DNA from: Tubulanus polymorphus
Lineage: Eukaryota > Animalia > Nemertea
DNA: 64,000 nucleotides
Assembly: GCF_964204645.1 (NCBI RefSeq)
Contig: NC_134034.1
Coordinates: 4,109,814-4,173,813, forward strand
Direction: 5' to 3'
Shown: positions 13,891-29,850 of the stretch, one piece after another
Layout: each line of letters opens with the position of its first letter
How positions within the stretch are numbered: the first letter of the stretch is position 1
The notes under the pieces: model-generated
What the model saw: the letters and a program-made list of their open reading frames with translations, nothing else
What the model was told of the DNA's origin: nothing
The model's database searches: none
Translations under genes and position numbers: made by a program

Positions 13891-14042
13891 AAGGACGACA
13901 TTTCATCGCGCTTTCGAAAAGGAGTCCCGTTCGATTCTCAGCATTCAATCTGAAGTACGTAGGTTTGTTTTATCGGCATTGAATGGTGTATAGTCACTGA
14001 ACAAACAGAGTTCAGGACGAAGAAAATATAATATATACATAA

Positions 14043-14045
14043 ATA

Positions 14046-14091
<46 letters not shown>
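14043..14091. repeat. (TA)n microsatellite
   Basis: Interrupted TA run seen directly. Confidence 0.95.
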
Positions 14092-14095
<4 letters not shown>

Positions 14096-14691
14096 AGAGA
14101 TAGTTGGTTTTTGTCCTCTGGTCTTCGGCGACGCGCGAGCGTGTTAGCCCAATATTTGCAAATCACACCGCGTAAACGGTATTACTATTGTCGCTGACCC
14201 CCTTTAGACAATAAATCTCGCCGAACGTGACACAAAGAACTCTCGACGGAACAGGAAAACCGCGCACGAGAATTGTACAGAGAAAGACAGCCGCGTCTTT
14301 TTCACCGCTAGTGAGTACGCTCAAAGTACCATTACGCCGTTGTTGTAAGTGGGAAGATTAGCCGAACAATTTTTTTTTCATTATATATTTGCTCATAACC
14401 GAGTTGTGCAAGCAAGGTCATTCATTTGACTCGACGCCGTGTGCTGTATTACGCGTTCGCTCTCCCGATCAAGGCAACGGATAGAAACGCGAGACTTTTC
14501 TATCGAGTGAACTGTTACTGGCGAAGTTTCCACCGGTCGAGCGAGGCGCCAGAAAACGTTCATTAAAAAAAGAAGGAAATTCATAAAAATGGAGAACGAA
14601 AGCGGTGACGGTATATCGCGCTAAATTAGAAAAACTTTTCGAGAACTGTTTCTGGGAGATTGAAAATCGTTTCAGCGCAGATAATCAGAAG

Positions 14692-15181
14692 ATGACTGTC
14701 CGTGGAAAGTACTCGATTCTACTCGATGTTGCGTTCATTTCGATAGTAGTTCTGGCGATAACGTGTTCCGGGGAAATCGGCGCCGCTCGGTCGCGATATT
14801 TCAACTCGAATTCAACTGCTGAGACCAGTGGGACGAATACGAACTGTACCGCAAAATCGTGTCGGAGTGGCTTACCCGTCACGGGCTCAGGCAACAGTGA
14901 GGCAAAACGCCCGCGTCCGTTACGGAGGCGAATTCCCGGCAGGCGAGTATCGCCGAAATTAAAACTGGAAGCCCTGCAGGAGATCCACAGGGCGATCAAC
15001 ATGATGAAAATCCTGAAAAAACTGGGTTTGTCTCGCAAACCGAACATAACGCGCACTAGAATACCGTCGGTCACGTTCGACAAGGCCGTGTCGAAATTGA
15101 AAATGAAAGCTCACCGGCCCGGCAAACATGGCGACCGGCAACCGTACGCGCATATCTCCGAAATGGTCAGCTTTTCACAAG
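14692..15181 (+). CDS. INHB: Activin/inhibin beta subunit, coding exon 1 (signal peptide and N-terminal prodomain)
   Basis: ATG at 14692, then a hydrophobic signal peptide (YSILLDVAFISIVVLAITCSG). The helix KILKKLGLSRKPNIT resembles HILNMLHLKKRPDVT, and SEMVSFSQ resembles SEIITFAE of inhibin beta. Donor G|GTACGT is phase 1. Confidence 0.9.
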
Positions 15182-15989
15182 GTACGTAACGTAATTTTTT
15201 CCATAACATTTTTCGCTATTTGCGTTTTGAAAGTTTGGAGCGCAATATATGTATTATTATATGCGTTAGTGTTTTTTATCCGAAGCACGCGTCAGTAAGC
15301 TACTCGATGGCCTTGACCTCGCCGATCGATCGCGTATTCTATATACACTCCCGGTGCTTCGCGTGTTCTTCGCATCGTAAGTATTTCTCGCAACGAACGT
15401 TTATTTTGCGGCGGTTTTCGTTAGACGAGTATCCTTCAAACGGTAATCGAAATTTGAATATTTTCCCGGTGGGAATACCGTGCCGGTTTCCACGACGTGA
15501 CGCAATTGAAGACTACGTAATTCTAGTTCCATTGCCAATCTAACAACTTTAGACCACTCTAAGGATTGAGACCACCTTTGGATTGACTTGACTTTAGAAC
15601 CGACTTCAATCTGGAGACCTACTCTGAGAGATTATGAATGAATTTATTTTGCTTTTCAAAAAGTCATGGTTATTTGAAAATATCGATGATTTGTAATTTG
15701 AATCTATACCATTCTGTTTGAACGTAAAATGTCTTCCCCAAGTGATGAAAGCACAGCATCCGCCGCTGCGCGACCCCCAGAGCAAACTTCAGTTTCCGAA
15801 GTTAGTCGACTGATGCTAATACAAAATACAAACGAACCGTAGACATAATTCGTATATCCATTTCTACAATTCTCTTATCTAAGATTTGGCTTAATCTACA
15901 AATTCCCCACGATTTCCCTTCAACCAGCATAAATTCTCTCTAAGACTTAAGATAAAATACATTCTCACATCAAGCTTTCTGAAACTCCA

Positions 15990-16166
15990 TAATCGAAAGA
16001 GAAATCCCGCAATAAATCAGCGAAAGATATTAGATTTCAGTAGTAGACGAGAATATATTTAGAGCAACGTTTCGGCTAAAAACCTACTAGCCATCAACAG
16101 GAGTACTGAATATCTACTAAAATTTAACATGTTTTGCTGATTTATTGCGTGGCATTCTGTCGATTA
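15990..16166 (-). mobile_element. Penelope-like element relic: inverted arms around a degenerate hammerhead motif
   Basis: 15990-16043 is an inverted match to 16113-16166. The minus-strand core reads CTGTTGA-TGGCTA-loop-TAGCC-GAAACGTT. Confidence 0.5.
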
Positions 16167-16234
16167 TTCGTCTTTTTACGCCGATATTGTGTATCATCTT
16201 GGCTTATCAAACTCCCATCTCTGCTATAACCCCG

Positions 16235-16470
16235 GGGCCAGTTGCGCAGTCGTGACTTAAGTCCAAAAGTGGTCTTAAATCTTGAGACTGGTCTTAAGTA
16301 GTTAGATTGGCTATAGAACTAAGTTGGGCTTAGACTGGTCATGACTATGCAACCGGCCCCTGGGTCCAGTTTCAGAAAAAGGATTAAGGCCATTAATCGA
16401 TTTAATTTCTTCAGTAACTCAGTATATATTAAATCGATTTAGGCCTTAATCCTTTTTCTGAAACTGGGCC
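16235..16470. mobile_element. Two adjacent CWG-targeting MITEs (16235-16359 and 16363-16470)
   Basis: GGGCCAGTTGC...GCAACCGGCCC, then CTG, then GGTCCAGTTTCAGAAAAAGGATTAAGGCC...GGCCTTAATCCTTTTTCTGAAACTGGGCC, then CTG. Confidence 0.8.
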
Positions 16471-19400
16471 CTGACTGTTAAAACTGTTCCAAAACAGCCT
16501 ACACAATTCTTCCTCCTTGTCTTTTCAACTCTTCCCTTCTTTATCTCTATCTTTCTATCAATGGCGCTTGCTGTAACGGCCTTCCGGTGTTTGCTTGGCC
16601 CTCATTATAGAAAGCCAGCTCGATTTATTTTTGTCTTGAAATATTCTCAAACCACGCTGTCTTGAAATCAATCGAAATACATCTATCAGGCTCTGAGAAA
16701 TTGAGTTTTGAAAGCGTCATTAATGGGACACCCTCTAAAATCGAAATTGAAATTGGACGCCCCTTTTTCGGTCTGAAGCACATTTCAGGGTTGGCCATCT
16801 TGGAACAACAGCCCCGAACGGCGACCTTGACGAGTAAGATGCGCGGTTCGATATTTTCGGACTGTATAAGCCCCAACTATAACTGCATTCGGTCTCACTT
16901 AGTTCGTTAATGTCGACGGAGACCGCGATAACCGAATTTCGCCCACACTGTATACACCATTGTGACCCAGCGAGAACCATGATTAATCGTGTAATGAGGG
17001 CTCTGTTTGTATATAGGTTTATATGTATATATATATTAATGTGTAGGCCCTATAGTGCGTAGGAGCGTACAGCAAGATTGGGTTTCATTTTGTATTGAAT
17101 ATCATATTATGATAAGATAGGCACGGTATTGCGAACTAGATACCCAAACTGTAATCTCCGATGCACCGGGTTTAACCTCCACAGCGTTGATGTATAACAA
17201 AATCATCCTCCTTTGCCAAACGAGAAAGGTCCATGTGTAGATAGGCCTATCGGGGCTTACCGAGTCAGCTAAATGCACGCCCGTTTGGTGTATGCAAATT
17301 AGGGTACCCGTGCTTGCTTTAACGTCCTTTCAGAGCATGTGTCAACCACCAGATCGCGAAGCGTTGCCCGACGATACCTTAATACTCCTATACCTTATTG
17401 GGACGTCCAACCTGGCACGTCCGATAGGGATTGAGACACGGGGATGGATAGGCACGCGGGTCGGTAAGACAATGTTCGCGGCAAGGCTACGTCTATGGCA
17501 ACAGGCTTATCGGAGTTAGTGAAACCGAATGTCAGTTAGTCGGAACTATATTCCGAAAATAGTTCGGAAATCAAGCGCATTCGGTTATTGGTTCCGACCA
17601 CTAGTCGACTTGATACGAAAACCGAATTCGGCCCTGGCTGCCGAGCACGAGTGGATAACCCGGTAGACCTGTAGGCTACACCGATTGTAAGCTCGTAGAG
17701 GAATAAAAACCGCGTAATTATCGGACCAGAAAAAGCTATCACTTTTCAAAAGCTTCGAGCTATATATAGCCGCGACGCACTCTCGGTCTGAAAAAGCCAT
17801 ATACTATTAACCTGCATTAAATGGCCGTGTGGGTTTCGTGGCGTACAGTTATACGCCTTTCACACTATTGTTACTGTTTTGACCGACTTGCAGACGGGAC
17901 ACAAAGAATATAATAATATAATATAATGGTATTAGATCAAAGAACAAGTCGTTTCGATTCTTACTTCTGACGCATTCCAGCCATTTTTTAAACGGGTAAC
18001 TTGATTCGGCATTTCGTTATCGGAAGGGTGCACGGAATTATGAATAGACTATAATAGCAACATTGTCAAGTGACAGACAGACGTTTTGATTCATATAAAG
18101 TTTACTCTGTCGACTTCTAAAAAATCTAGTCACCGCCGCGCTGAGAGAATTTAACAATAGGAAATTATCCTCAGGCAATAGTAGGAGGTGTATATATGTA
18201 TATCCTTTTGGCGCGGTCCAACTGGTAACTCCTCTCGCCATATCGCCACGAATAAAAATTCACAAATGACACGATAGCGTTTGATTCGAACACAATAGCG
18301 TCCTGAAACTTTTTAAAATGCAACGTATTGTCGTTAACGCAGTTGAGGACTAAATTCTGGTAATATTTGTCACCATCATCACCTCCCCCAGCTTCCAGCT
18401 AGGCTGTGGCGCAAGCATCACAACTCATCAAACTTTCACAAGCAGCCTCCATTGTAGTCGGTTATCCGCTAAGCGTCGCGCTTAAGCTCGTAGGCCTGTC
18501 TAGGTTCAATGAGCGGATGTCACTATCCACTGCCGTCTAGTGTGGTGCCCTCTATTGCGGTTCCCTTCGGCCATTCCCTCGTAATATTGGTCAACTGAAT
18601 TCCAAATCTGAACGGTTTTCCCCTACCTGCAACCTAGTCACCCGTTACCACGTCTCATAATTATTTTGAATGTTAAAATTTGGCGGACTTTTTCGCACCG
18701 AGAACCGAGTCAATATTTGCGCAATTAGATTGGCGCATTGATTTTTCTTTGCAGACCTCCTTAGTCAAATCACAAAGCGCGTTACCTTCATTCTAGGTAC
18801 GTAACAACGGTGTCAAGGCCGATCGATAAAAACGATCGCTATGTACGTGGCCTCAAATTATTTTCGTGGCTTGGTTCAAACAAAGACGAGGTCGATTACT
18901 TTTTTTCTTTCTTTGTCGAATGCACTAGCGGTTTTTGCCTCTTCCCATCAGATCACTACTTAAGAAAGCCCACGGTCCTTCGGTTAGTCGATAGAAAATT
19001 AATTTTTTAAGAAATTACACCTTAGAAACCACCAAGCCCAACATCGCCGAGAACATTTTCCCTATTGTCCGGAATGTGACGACGGTACAGGCTAGATTTC
19101 TAGTCGGTTTGTGAGGATGGAATAAAAGTCCGACGATTAATTTTTTCAAGTAGTTGCTGCATTTTCCTTACCGTACGGTATTCGAGTGTGAAAAATCAAA
19201 ATGTCACGACATTTTGAACTATGACTATAGATGATAGTCAGGTGTGAGGTTACAACGAAATACGAGGGTATAGCATATATCAGGGGGAGAATTAGAAAAG
19301 GTCGATTCAGTAAATTTCGGAATGAATTTCTCAATACACAGAGAACCGAAGCGGCAAAATTGTTTTTAAGCCGCCGGTCACTGGTCACGCCAATCCAGGG

Positions 19401-21266
19401 TTCATGCTTTCGACTCCCGGTGGCGGCTGAGTTTCTTGGTCGATGTCTCTGCTCTTGTCTCTCCCGCAATGAGTCCGAATCACGGCCACGCGCAACTACG
19501 AAACTGTAGCAAGAGTTCATCAATTTTCTGAGATAAAACCAAACGCATGGTAAACATGCGTCACTGCAAAACCGGGTCCACAGTAAAATCGAACTCACCT
19601 ATTGAGCCGAGTCATTCTTAGTTGAAAGTATGAAATGGAATTAACAGAAAAGTATTAAACAAAACCCCTTTAACTGTAAAACTAACTTTAACCAGGGTCC
19701 AATGGGATGCCCAGACCACCAGATGGCGCCACAAAACAACGGGTTATTCATAGTAACAATCGGTTCATTTTCGATGAAATTTGAACTTTGACTTATAAGC
19801 TAGGAAAATTACCAAACGATTCAACGGATAGACATACGATCCCTTTTCTCACTCAGCGTATGGCATCGTTTTCGCTGAAAAATCGATTTACTAATCGCAA
19901 AAGTTTACTCGAGTTTGATTGAAATGTATAAGGAATCGAAGCGCGGTAACCCAGTACCACTAGCGATCCTGGCGGATCATCGCCGAATCCTCGCATCCCT
20001 CAGTAGCCTCGCCGGTGCCCCATTTAACCCACGGCTGTAGAACTGGTTCATGGACAGATTGAAAAAAAAAACTTCTCTGTAACTTGGTCATTCTATTCAG
20101 TCGACGTTTAAGCGAGGTATCGCATGACAAGTGAATCACCGCTTCTTTTTCTTCAGCGAAGCCTGAATCACGGGCAGCAGAATCATCTCACGAGGTTGTG
20201 TATCAGGTATTGATATCTAGCTGAAGGAGGTTTTGGAATGGGGAAACGTTGCGGGGGAGGCTTTCATCGGTTCATATGACTCAATGTAGTTTCCGATTTC
20301 CATCGCATACCAAGGGCCTCTCGTCAAACTCGTCGAGTACTCACCGGTTCGATCGGAACTATAGAAGTGATGTTTAGAATCGAACCTAAATCAAAACGAA
20401 TCAAAACGTGGGACCGATCGAGAGAGTCCCGCAACTGTGGAACTGGGTCCACACCGAAACTCGATTTACTTCCTTTGTAATTACCTCAGTGTCGAGTTTA
20501 GCCCACAACTCTGTGGAAACTGCACGGCCACCGAGTCAACCGCCAACTTTCCTAATGGACCCAACGTCGAAATAAACCAAACATTTTTATGACTGTGGAT
20601 CCAGACTAGCAATTGTGGAACCGAATCCAGATCATCAGGGAACTCGTGAAAATGCAAATATAGTCATCGATGAAATAAATATTTCCACCGTTTTTATTGG
20701 ACCGGACTTTTTGAAAGGGGTGGCATAAACCGACTCGGGCAATATTATAACAACCTCGGGGAACTCGAGCGACTCCGAGTTTGGATTATTCACATCCTCA
20801 TTTCTGGACAGATATTGATGACGTTCGATCAAAAATAGCAAGAATATTTTCTCCCCAGGGCTGTGTGGGATTGGTTGTATAAATGACACTATTCGTTCCG
20901 ATAAAAGCCATTCGCACTCGCTATTTGTGGCGTGTGCGATTTTTATACGATTGCCATAAATTACTTACTACGACTCCTGATGAATGAAACCAGTCTCAGC
21001 GATCAGGTCTGGATCTGCTGAGGCGCGATGGGTCTGCTAGGGTTCAGGACTCCGGTTTAGACAGCCTTTCGCGATACGGTTTCAATCCCCGTCGAGGGCG
21101 AGAGGGATCTAGAGGGGGTCAGAACCACTCGTGGGCTCAAAGCAACGAGATAAGGTTCAAACCCTTCACGATTGATAAAACACTATATCCGTGTTGAAGC
21201 GATGAGTAGAGAGTCCCACAATAATAACGAAAAACAGTCCGAGAGTGTTACTTAAAGCTAGTAGTT

Positions 21267-21310
21267 GATTCAACGTTTCGACTTTATCCTAATAGTCATC
21301 TTCGGGAATA
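21267..21310 (-). ncRNA. Degenerate minimal type-I hammerhead ribozyme (Penelope-like)
   Basis: Minus strand reads ATTC-CCGAAGA-TGACT-loop-AGTC-GAAAC-GTT-GAAT. Stems I and II can pair, and the core carries a U-to-C change relative to CUGANGA. Confidence 0.5.
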
Positions 21311-21450
21311 ATGATTATACCCTTCGCCCTGGGAGAATGTGTCTCCGGAGTAAGGGTTCATAGGTTTCTGTGCCGCGGCAGAATCTCACAATGACATTAA
21401 GTTTTGACCCCTGCTGAGTGAGGATGTACATGTACTAGGTCGAGTTTAAC

Positions 21451-21657
21451 AGCCGCGATGGAATGGAGATGATATGGCTCTGGCCAAATTGGCCCGTGCC
21501 ATTTTAGAGAGCGCGTTCGCTCGCAAACCTCTCACTCGACACTAAACAATGCTTAAACAAAGCGAAGTGAGTCACTTTCGGAACCACATGAAATTCACAC
21601 GGGCTTTGATCCTGGCCAATCTGGCCCGGGCCATTTCGTCTCCGTGTGATCGCGGCT
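21451..21657. mobile_element. MITE, AGCCGCGATCACACG family (degenerate)
   Basis: Ends CGTGTGATCGCGGCT. Internal TTGGCCCG motifs are shared with the copies at 26145, 31699, 33365 and 37519. Confidence 0.65.
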
Positions 21658-24600
21658 TTAAAGTTCAAGGCACTGCTGACGGGAGATGTTTCCGCTAGGA
21701 TTGGTGTTGAAGGCTGGTCTTAGTTGAAAGCGAGAGTGATGTTTAATCTGGACGGGTTCCCGGTGAGAATTGAAGCTAAAACTGACTCACTTGAGACGAT
21801 CTTATAGTAATTTCGGTGAAATTGCTTGAAAGTCATTCCTATTCCGTTCTAGAACGTTATACATTATCGGAAAAAACCCGAAAGTTCAACTAAGCCGAGT
21901 CACTACAAGCCGAGACGGTTCAGTTTCGAAGAATAACTTACTTGAACTATATTTATTACGCCACTCGTTTATCGAGTTTAAACTCATCAATCAATTGCGG
22001 TCGACGAATAGCGAGAGCACAATTTTTCATTCATGAAATGTTCTTTTCCATTCACTCCAACAAAACAGTATTATACTGTTTACATAAAAGCGGTTCGCAA
22101 GACGCATTTATACCGATAGCAGAAGTTGGTTATTATATACATTTTTCAAATTCGGCTCTTAGAGCGTTGCGGAACTCTTCGACCGCGTTGAATCCTGGCT
22201 GAACTAAGTCTGAATTTAACGCACCGGTCCTTCGTGCAATCTCAGGTTCATTGGTTAAAAGCCAATCTATGGTGGTATAGGTATTGTCAGCCAATTATGC
22301 GGTACAGTCGAACCCCGTTAGTATACGATTCGACTCAAGCAACGAAAACCTCAATAATTTATATAAAGAATTTAAGAAAAATTAAAATTTCACGGTCTAC
22401 AATTCATTTCTATAGTGAATAAACACGCTTAGTACGATGGTCCATATTCAGTTACCCCTTCTTTTTAAGTCGGACTTAATGCGTATTATTTATATTATGC
22501 GTCCTCTGAGCTATCTATTGCGTGGTAGCGCTGACCACACGTGCGATAAACTTCTCTATTTTGTACCTTTTGTTAATGTTGTTTAATTAACTGATTTAAT
22601 TAATTCAATAAATTGTTCAATCAAATTTTTAACACGAAATTCGTTTAGCACGATGATTATTCATTTTGCCCACGGGCATCGTACTTATGAGGTCCGGCTG
22701 TTTGTCGATCTTCATGGTTTTTCATTCGATGGCCAGTCCAGTCGTTAGCGTACTGGTCTCTTCGACCCAAGGTTCGGGCGTTTATCCATCGACGTTGCAA
22801 ACGTCAGTCATAGTCTTTCACTGGTCTATCGTCGATCCAAGGTTCATCTGTTTGTATCTGCCGGTAGAGCGATGAGTCGGGGTTAAGTTTGTAGCCCGGT
22901 GGTTAAGTATTTCGCGAACTGGCCTCTCTCGTTTTATGCAGGTAATCGTGGTTTTCAGTCCTGATATGGGTTACTTGGTCAGTCTTGGTCGAACCGTTGT
23001 AGACGCGATCAGTGTATCAGGTTTGCATTCGTCTCGTGAACGCAAAGCAATTTCGTAAATCAATTAAGCCCCGGTGATCCTTCGATACGACAACATTTGC
23101 AAAATCGACGAATAGTTCATTGACCTACGATAGTTAAATCTAATCCAGCATATTATGTACATAACAATTCTGTAGGAAAGGCGATCACTAAACAATTATG
23201 TATAGAATATTTTACGTGCATTGATGAAACAATATAATGACCTATTAATTCCTTATAAAAGTACAGCAATCCAATAAAGGTTCCGGTTGACCTATTGTCA
23301 ATTTAATTTTCGTTCTTGTTCTCCCCAGAACAAAATCAACTGATGAAAACGAATTATTGTGTTTCTCGTACAGAGCTCATGTTTAGTACGCGAGGTCGTT
23401 ATACACTCGATGCGAAAACCGCTGCACTTTGACATTTTCGCGTAAGCTCGTAACGCGGCCCTTGCATCGTCGGTGTGTAAACCGCGATAATTTGACACAA
23501 CACCCGACGATAAAACCCGTTCAGCCCTTAACGCTCGTGACGCCGCGTTTTGTTTTTTTTTTATTAGGGAATTCGATTAGATTTATCGGCGGAAAAATTG
23601 CATACGTTTACAATTCTTTCGCGCAAACTAAGACAAAAATGTGTGGCTTAATGTAGCGTTATGAAGTGCAACCGATCGAGCTGTTGAATTACGCCACCCA
23701 CGGGGAAAAACGCGTCGCGATTTGTCTACTATTGATAGACCAAACTAAACAGAGGTCGGCTAGTATAGAAAATGATGAAAAAATCAAAAACGCACCAAGG
23801 GAAGGGGAACCGCAATACCAGCTATCCCGCCAGATGGCGTGCCGCACACTCAGTCCTCGAAACTTAGATTAAAACCTCCAACTTTTCAATCAGCAAAATC
23901 AATTGCAAAATTGTTTGAATATACGTCTTTACTTTTCTCCTTATTATACAAATGTAAACAATATTTGTATCCCCTCCATATACCATGTAAATGGTATGGT
24001 CTTAAATAATCTTAACTTATCGTTCATCGTAGAAATTAGTTAATTTTCAATGAAATTTGAACTGAAAGTTTTGGCTCGCAAATCCATATATTACCACAGC
24101 ACTTACCAAATATACTTAAAATTCAATTTCCGACTCTGATATCGGCATGGTTTTCATGAATATTTGATCAATTTAAGAGAAAAGTTCGGTTTTAGTTGAA
24201 ACGTGAAAAGGAATCGAACGCGGAAAATAAGGAGCAACTACAACTAGTGAACCTGGTGGATCCTCGCCTGCCATAAGTGGAATCCTCGATTGCCACAGTA
24301 GGTCACATTTTTCCCATAGAACGACTTATGCAGTTCAGCGATAATGGGTTTTCTGCATTATTTTCTGTTGATTGGAAGCAATTAATGATTATTGAATTGA
24401 TTTGTCACGTCGTTCGTAGTCTATAGCCCCAGCACTTCGGTCGCGGAATCAATTCGGTACTGCCATCTTTTGATGAGAATTAGAAAATACCGCGATTCAC
24501 CACATTTTAGGAGTCGTTTCAATTTGCGGGCGAATTTGCCTACCAGAATCCGGCCGTGCAAACACAGCGCATAACAAACGACATTGCGCTTCTGTTGAAT

Positions 24601-26144
24601 TTCCCGTTGAACGTAAAAATATATGAAGTCATGCGCAATAAGCGTCAGTAATGTAATCACTTGAGGCCAGGGGGCTGGTGGAAACGAGTTTGGGAGCGAT
24701 ACCGAACCCCTGGCAAGCGAGGATGCCGACAGCTGATCTAACGAAACGTTTCGTCGCGGTAATTTCGTGCCGAGCAATTTCGTGACAGCATCTTGCGCTA
24801 TAGCGACCAATTACTGCACTTGAACGTACCTCGTATAATCTGGGGCAATATCGAAAAAATAGGCCTACATTAAGAGAAAAAGTCACGGTCGACAAATGGG
24901 ATTCGAACCCTCGTCTATCTTCAACCTTGATGAGCATGGAATTCTGTCTAGGGGCGCTATTCTGTTGAATACACGCCGCACCATCTGATTTTTACATGCC
25001 GGTCGAAAGAAAAACAGAAGTTTATTTCGCTCCTTTCGATATTTAAGGAAAGAATTTGAGCGCACACAATTCTGTCTCATACAATACATATTGATTTTAT
25101 GTTAGGCCTACAAGCCATGGAGAGAAGATGGCCAAAAAACCGTAAATAATTTCGTAAGAGTTTTGTTAAGTACATGGATTGACTGATATAGATCTGATCA
25201 CGCTTTTAAAGAAATGTAGACTCATAAATCGCTATCCAGGGAAAAGATTAACATGGCGCAATGCGAGTCTAACCTGTGACAAATTCAGCGGGGACAGTGC
25301 GCTACAACAGTTTAAATGCTTCCTTGATAATAAAGCGAATCGAAACATCATATAAATGAATACGTTTAACCGATCCGTTTCCCGATCTGCGCGCTCAGTC
25401 TAGACGAGGGATTTTGTCGACGGGTCGGATCGCCATTAATCTCCGCGTCACGTGTGGCGACAACGTGCCAAAATGGCTGCCGCGATTCTAGGAAACGCGT
25501 CGATTGTTAGATTATAAAAACTCTCGCCGTTCAAAATTGATGAGTATCTCCGGCGTTCATTCTCCCTCTCACTCTCGAACCGGGCGGCGGAGTCTATATA
25601 TAGGAGAGCTGTTTGATTTTATGTGACGTTTGCCGGCGACGCTCGTTCGGGATTCTTATCTGATTCAGTGAGATATATCTCGCTTAATGTTAGATGTAGA
25701 ACAGTCGTGCGACACTTTTTATCGTCGAATTTGCTATATTTAGAAATCTAATCGGTGCAGCAATTCGAGTTCAACACTTTGCAACGATCGATATAGAATT
25801 TAGACGAAGAAGTGAAGGGGAGTGTCAAAGCGTCCAATACGGGGGGGGGGGGGGGGTCCACGTCCCTCCACTTTTGGCAATAAGGTGCCCTTGTTGAAAT
25901 AATAAGAATATATATATTTCCTTTTCTAAATTACGAACTCTGCTTTCGAGATTTGACTCTGCTTCCGGATTTAGCAGTCGTCTTTTTTTCATTCAACAAG
26001 CCTTCACAGTCAGTGTATGGAGGAAATTAGTTGATCTGGCGCTTTTGAAGAGGGAGCGAGAGATTCGAAAGATTTCTGGAGAGCGATTTGAAAAAATCCT
26101 GCGGGCAAGTCTACGCTTCAAAGAATAGGGCCCGTTCGGTGATA

Positions 26145-26338
26145 AGCCGCGATCACACGAGCGTTTTTGGCCCGCAGCAACTCATCACGCGGGTGCCAAA
26201 TGGGCCCGTGCTTGTTTGTTGGCGTGACTAAATACTTCGGACAAGACCCGGGCAAAATTTGAGCACGGAACAAAATGATCGTGTCTGAATTGCAACTGGT
26301 TCCGGAAATGACTCGCTCGGCTTTTTTGAGCATTGTTT
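26145..26338. mobile_element. MITE, AGCCGCGATCACACG family (truncated)
   Basis: Left TIR is intact. The sequence is the reverse-complement match of 33365-33666 and breaks off at ~26338. Confidence 0.7.
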
Positions 26339-26771
26339 AGGGACCCCGGGTACAGCCCTCTATATGAGGTAAAATTCGTAGGAAACACATTTTAGACCGC
26401 TCAGAAAATTCAAATTGAAATTCCAAAATTCCGAATATTCTAGGCCATTTGAGTCCCAAGGTACAGCGGCTGTACAATTTTTTTCGGAAAAAAGTGAACC
26501 AAAAAGAAATTTTGAGGCCGGAACTCAAAATAGAACCCCAAAATGAGTGTAATTCTCAAATATGAAGGTAATAAAGAAGTTTCCAGTTTCTAGGCGTTAT
26601 AATATATAGACAATTATTACCACACTTTCAAAAAGTGATCGTCGACTGAATGCTACAATAGAGATTGCTGCCTGAAGGGGTGAAGGGGTGCAGGTTCCAG
26701 GTAGCATGAATCAGCATATTAGAATCCCACGCCGACAAAACTACTTAACAGGAGAAAACTGTTTGATAACG

Positions 26772-29105
<2,334 letters not shown>

Positions 29106-29741
29106 CGTTATCAAACAGTTTTCTCCTGTTAAGTAGTTTTGTCGGCGTGGGATTCTAATATGCTGATTCATGCTACCTGGAACCTGCACCCCTTCACCCC
29201 TTCAGGCAGCAATCTCTATTGTAGCATTCAGTCGACGATCACTTTTTGAAAGTGTGGTAATAATTGTCTATATATTATAATGTCTCTCTAGTGCTTGTAG
29301 TTTATTTGTAATTGAAAATGAAATTTCTCAGGTGAAGTAATGAACACACTCAAAGTGTAGACGATTTTATGTATTGCTGGTTATCAATGTCTAGGGCCAT
29401 TCAAAGTTGATACCTCGTTCCTCATCCAAATCTCCTTTCTAGACATGACGAGGGCAGGCGAATTTTTTTGTCATGAACTTTTTTTTGAATTAAGAAACCG
29501 GAAATAAACTCGTATTTTCATATTCTTCAAGGAGACGATTGCGGGAGGGTTCTTCTTTTTTAATCCAAAAATTATTCGCGGTATAATACTTACGTAAGAC
29601 GAGGGCGGGGGTTTCTCAGAGACTCGATCCATAGAAGATGAAGCGGACGGAACCAAGAAATAATTCATTTCGCTCTTCATCTAAAACATCTTCACTACAA
29701 AATATCATGAAATGCAGTATGAAATGGCATACAATATCCAG

Positions 29742-29850
29742 GGGCCGGTTTTATAGACGGATATTAACTTTAACCCGGGGGTTAACTCAATTCATTTCGA
29801 ATTGAGTTAACCCCCGGCTTAAAGATAAAACCAGTCTACAAAACTGAGCC
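29742..29850. mobile_element. Palindromic CWG-targeting MITE
   Basis: Nearly fully palindromic, centred on GGGGGTTAACTCAATTC/GAATTGAGTTAACCCCC, with CAG on both sides. Confidence 0.75.

Noticed and set aside
14605-14691. GTG-initiated N-terminal extension of activin exon 1
   Set aside because: Eukaryotic context. The ATG at 14692 directly precedes the signal peptide.
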